Assembly: GCF_036588685.1 (NCBI RefSeq)
Contig: NC_086376.1
Coordinates: forward strand, 79,959,630 to 80,023,629
Source: Mytilus trossulus
Lineage: Eukaryota
Length of the DNA stretch: 64,000 nucleotides
Direction: 5' to 3'
Shown: piece after piece, positions 63,073 through 64,000 of the stretch
How the letters are laid out: each line of letters opens with the position of its first letter
How positions within the stretch are numbered: position 1 is the stretch's first letter
Notes under the pieces: generated by a model
What the model saw: only the letters and a program-made list of their open reading frames with translations
What the model was told of the DNA's origin: nothing
Database searches by the model: none
Translations under genes and position numbers: made by a program

Positions 63073-64000
63073 AATATATGTTACCCTTATCAGTATCATC
63101 ACATATCTTCCTCTTTAGGAATGACAAGACTGAAAACCCTTACACATTGCCGTTAGGTGGTTGCAGTAACGATGTAACTTGTAAGGAAGGGCAGTCTCGT
63201 CTAACTTTTTATTTTACCTTTTATTTCTGTGCAGGTGTAAAATCTGATGTGCTAAGCGGCAATACACTATAATGCATAATTGGAAAGGGGCGGAACTCCC
63301 ATATCCGAAACATTACTTATAGCAATAATTATAAGTGTTAAAAAAAGCAGTGTCATTTTCATTGGGATCCCGATTACTGTTTTGTCACATTCCCGTTTCC
63401 CGCTTACACTATGTACGTAAGCAATTCTCTTTTTTTGTCATTTCCCGGATCCCGCTTGACCTCATTTCCTGTTTTCACGACACAATAATTTGACTTTCAC
63501 GTTTCACGCTTACAAAAAATCAGCAATCCCGCGTCATTAGACCCCAATGAGACCCACTTTCATGATTTTATCAATGTGTGACAGATTCAGGGTTTTGAAT
63601 CCCTTAAGCTTTTTAAAGATATTAAATCTAAAAATCTACCTTACAAAAGAACAATTTGAATATCACATACATTGTATAGAAAACACACATTATAAAGTAC
63701 AATGTATCTCATTCAGTGTATTAAAAATGCACAAAAAACAATGTGTCACATACAAATGAATGTATATAGAAAACTGTTAAATATGGGAAAATAAAGGGTG
63801 GCAGGTACATGTAGGTGAAACTTACATAAATGAAAAGATAAATGAAAAATGAACAGATTGATGCCCCATTTATATAATTCTAAGTCTGTCGGTCTGCCCC
63901 GGCCCAGAAGCAACAAAGCAGCGCAGTGATTTTGGACAGTTAAATATCCACTTTTTGACATGGGAGGAGCTCTGATGTCTAACAGCCCCAGCTTGGCTGA

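Overview
AT-rich eukaryotic DNA. The intron-rich genes, C1qDC gene and repeat types look like a mussel (Mytilus-like bivalve); the species is an inference. Gene models were read manually from splice sites and reading phase. (1) The 5' 13 exons (815 codons) of a minus-strand pentameric-type (subgroup B/COMP-like) thrombospondin with 10 EGF modules; it continues off the left edge. (2) A divergently transcribed 5-exon cyclin-O-like gene (408 aa). (3) A C1q-domain pseudogene. (4) Two tandem, intact 10-exon paralogs (514 and 492 aa) with an unusual architecture: two ubiquitin-like domains, a MIDAS-bearing VWA domain, and a polybasic CaaX tail (-CNVM*). The tail is absent from the ORF track and appears only after splicing. 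This pair is the best candidate for an undescribed system. Non-coding space holds a decayed RLE-type non-LTR retrotransposon, retrozyme-like repeats with hammerhead ribozymes (one intact, sense in a thrombospondin intron), Penelope-like fragments, many MITEs/fold-backs and a 28/36-bp satellite. No rRNA, tRNA or CRISPR array was seen.
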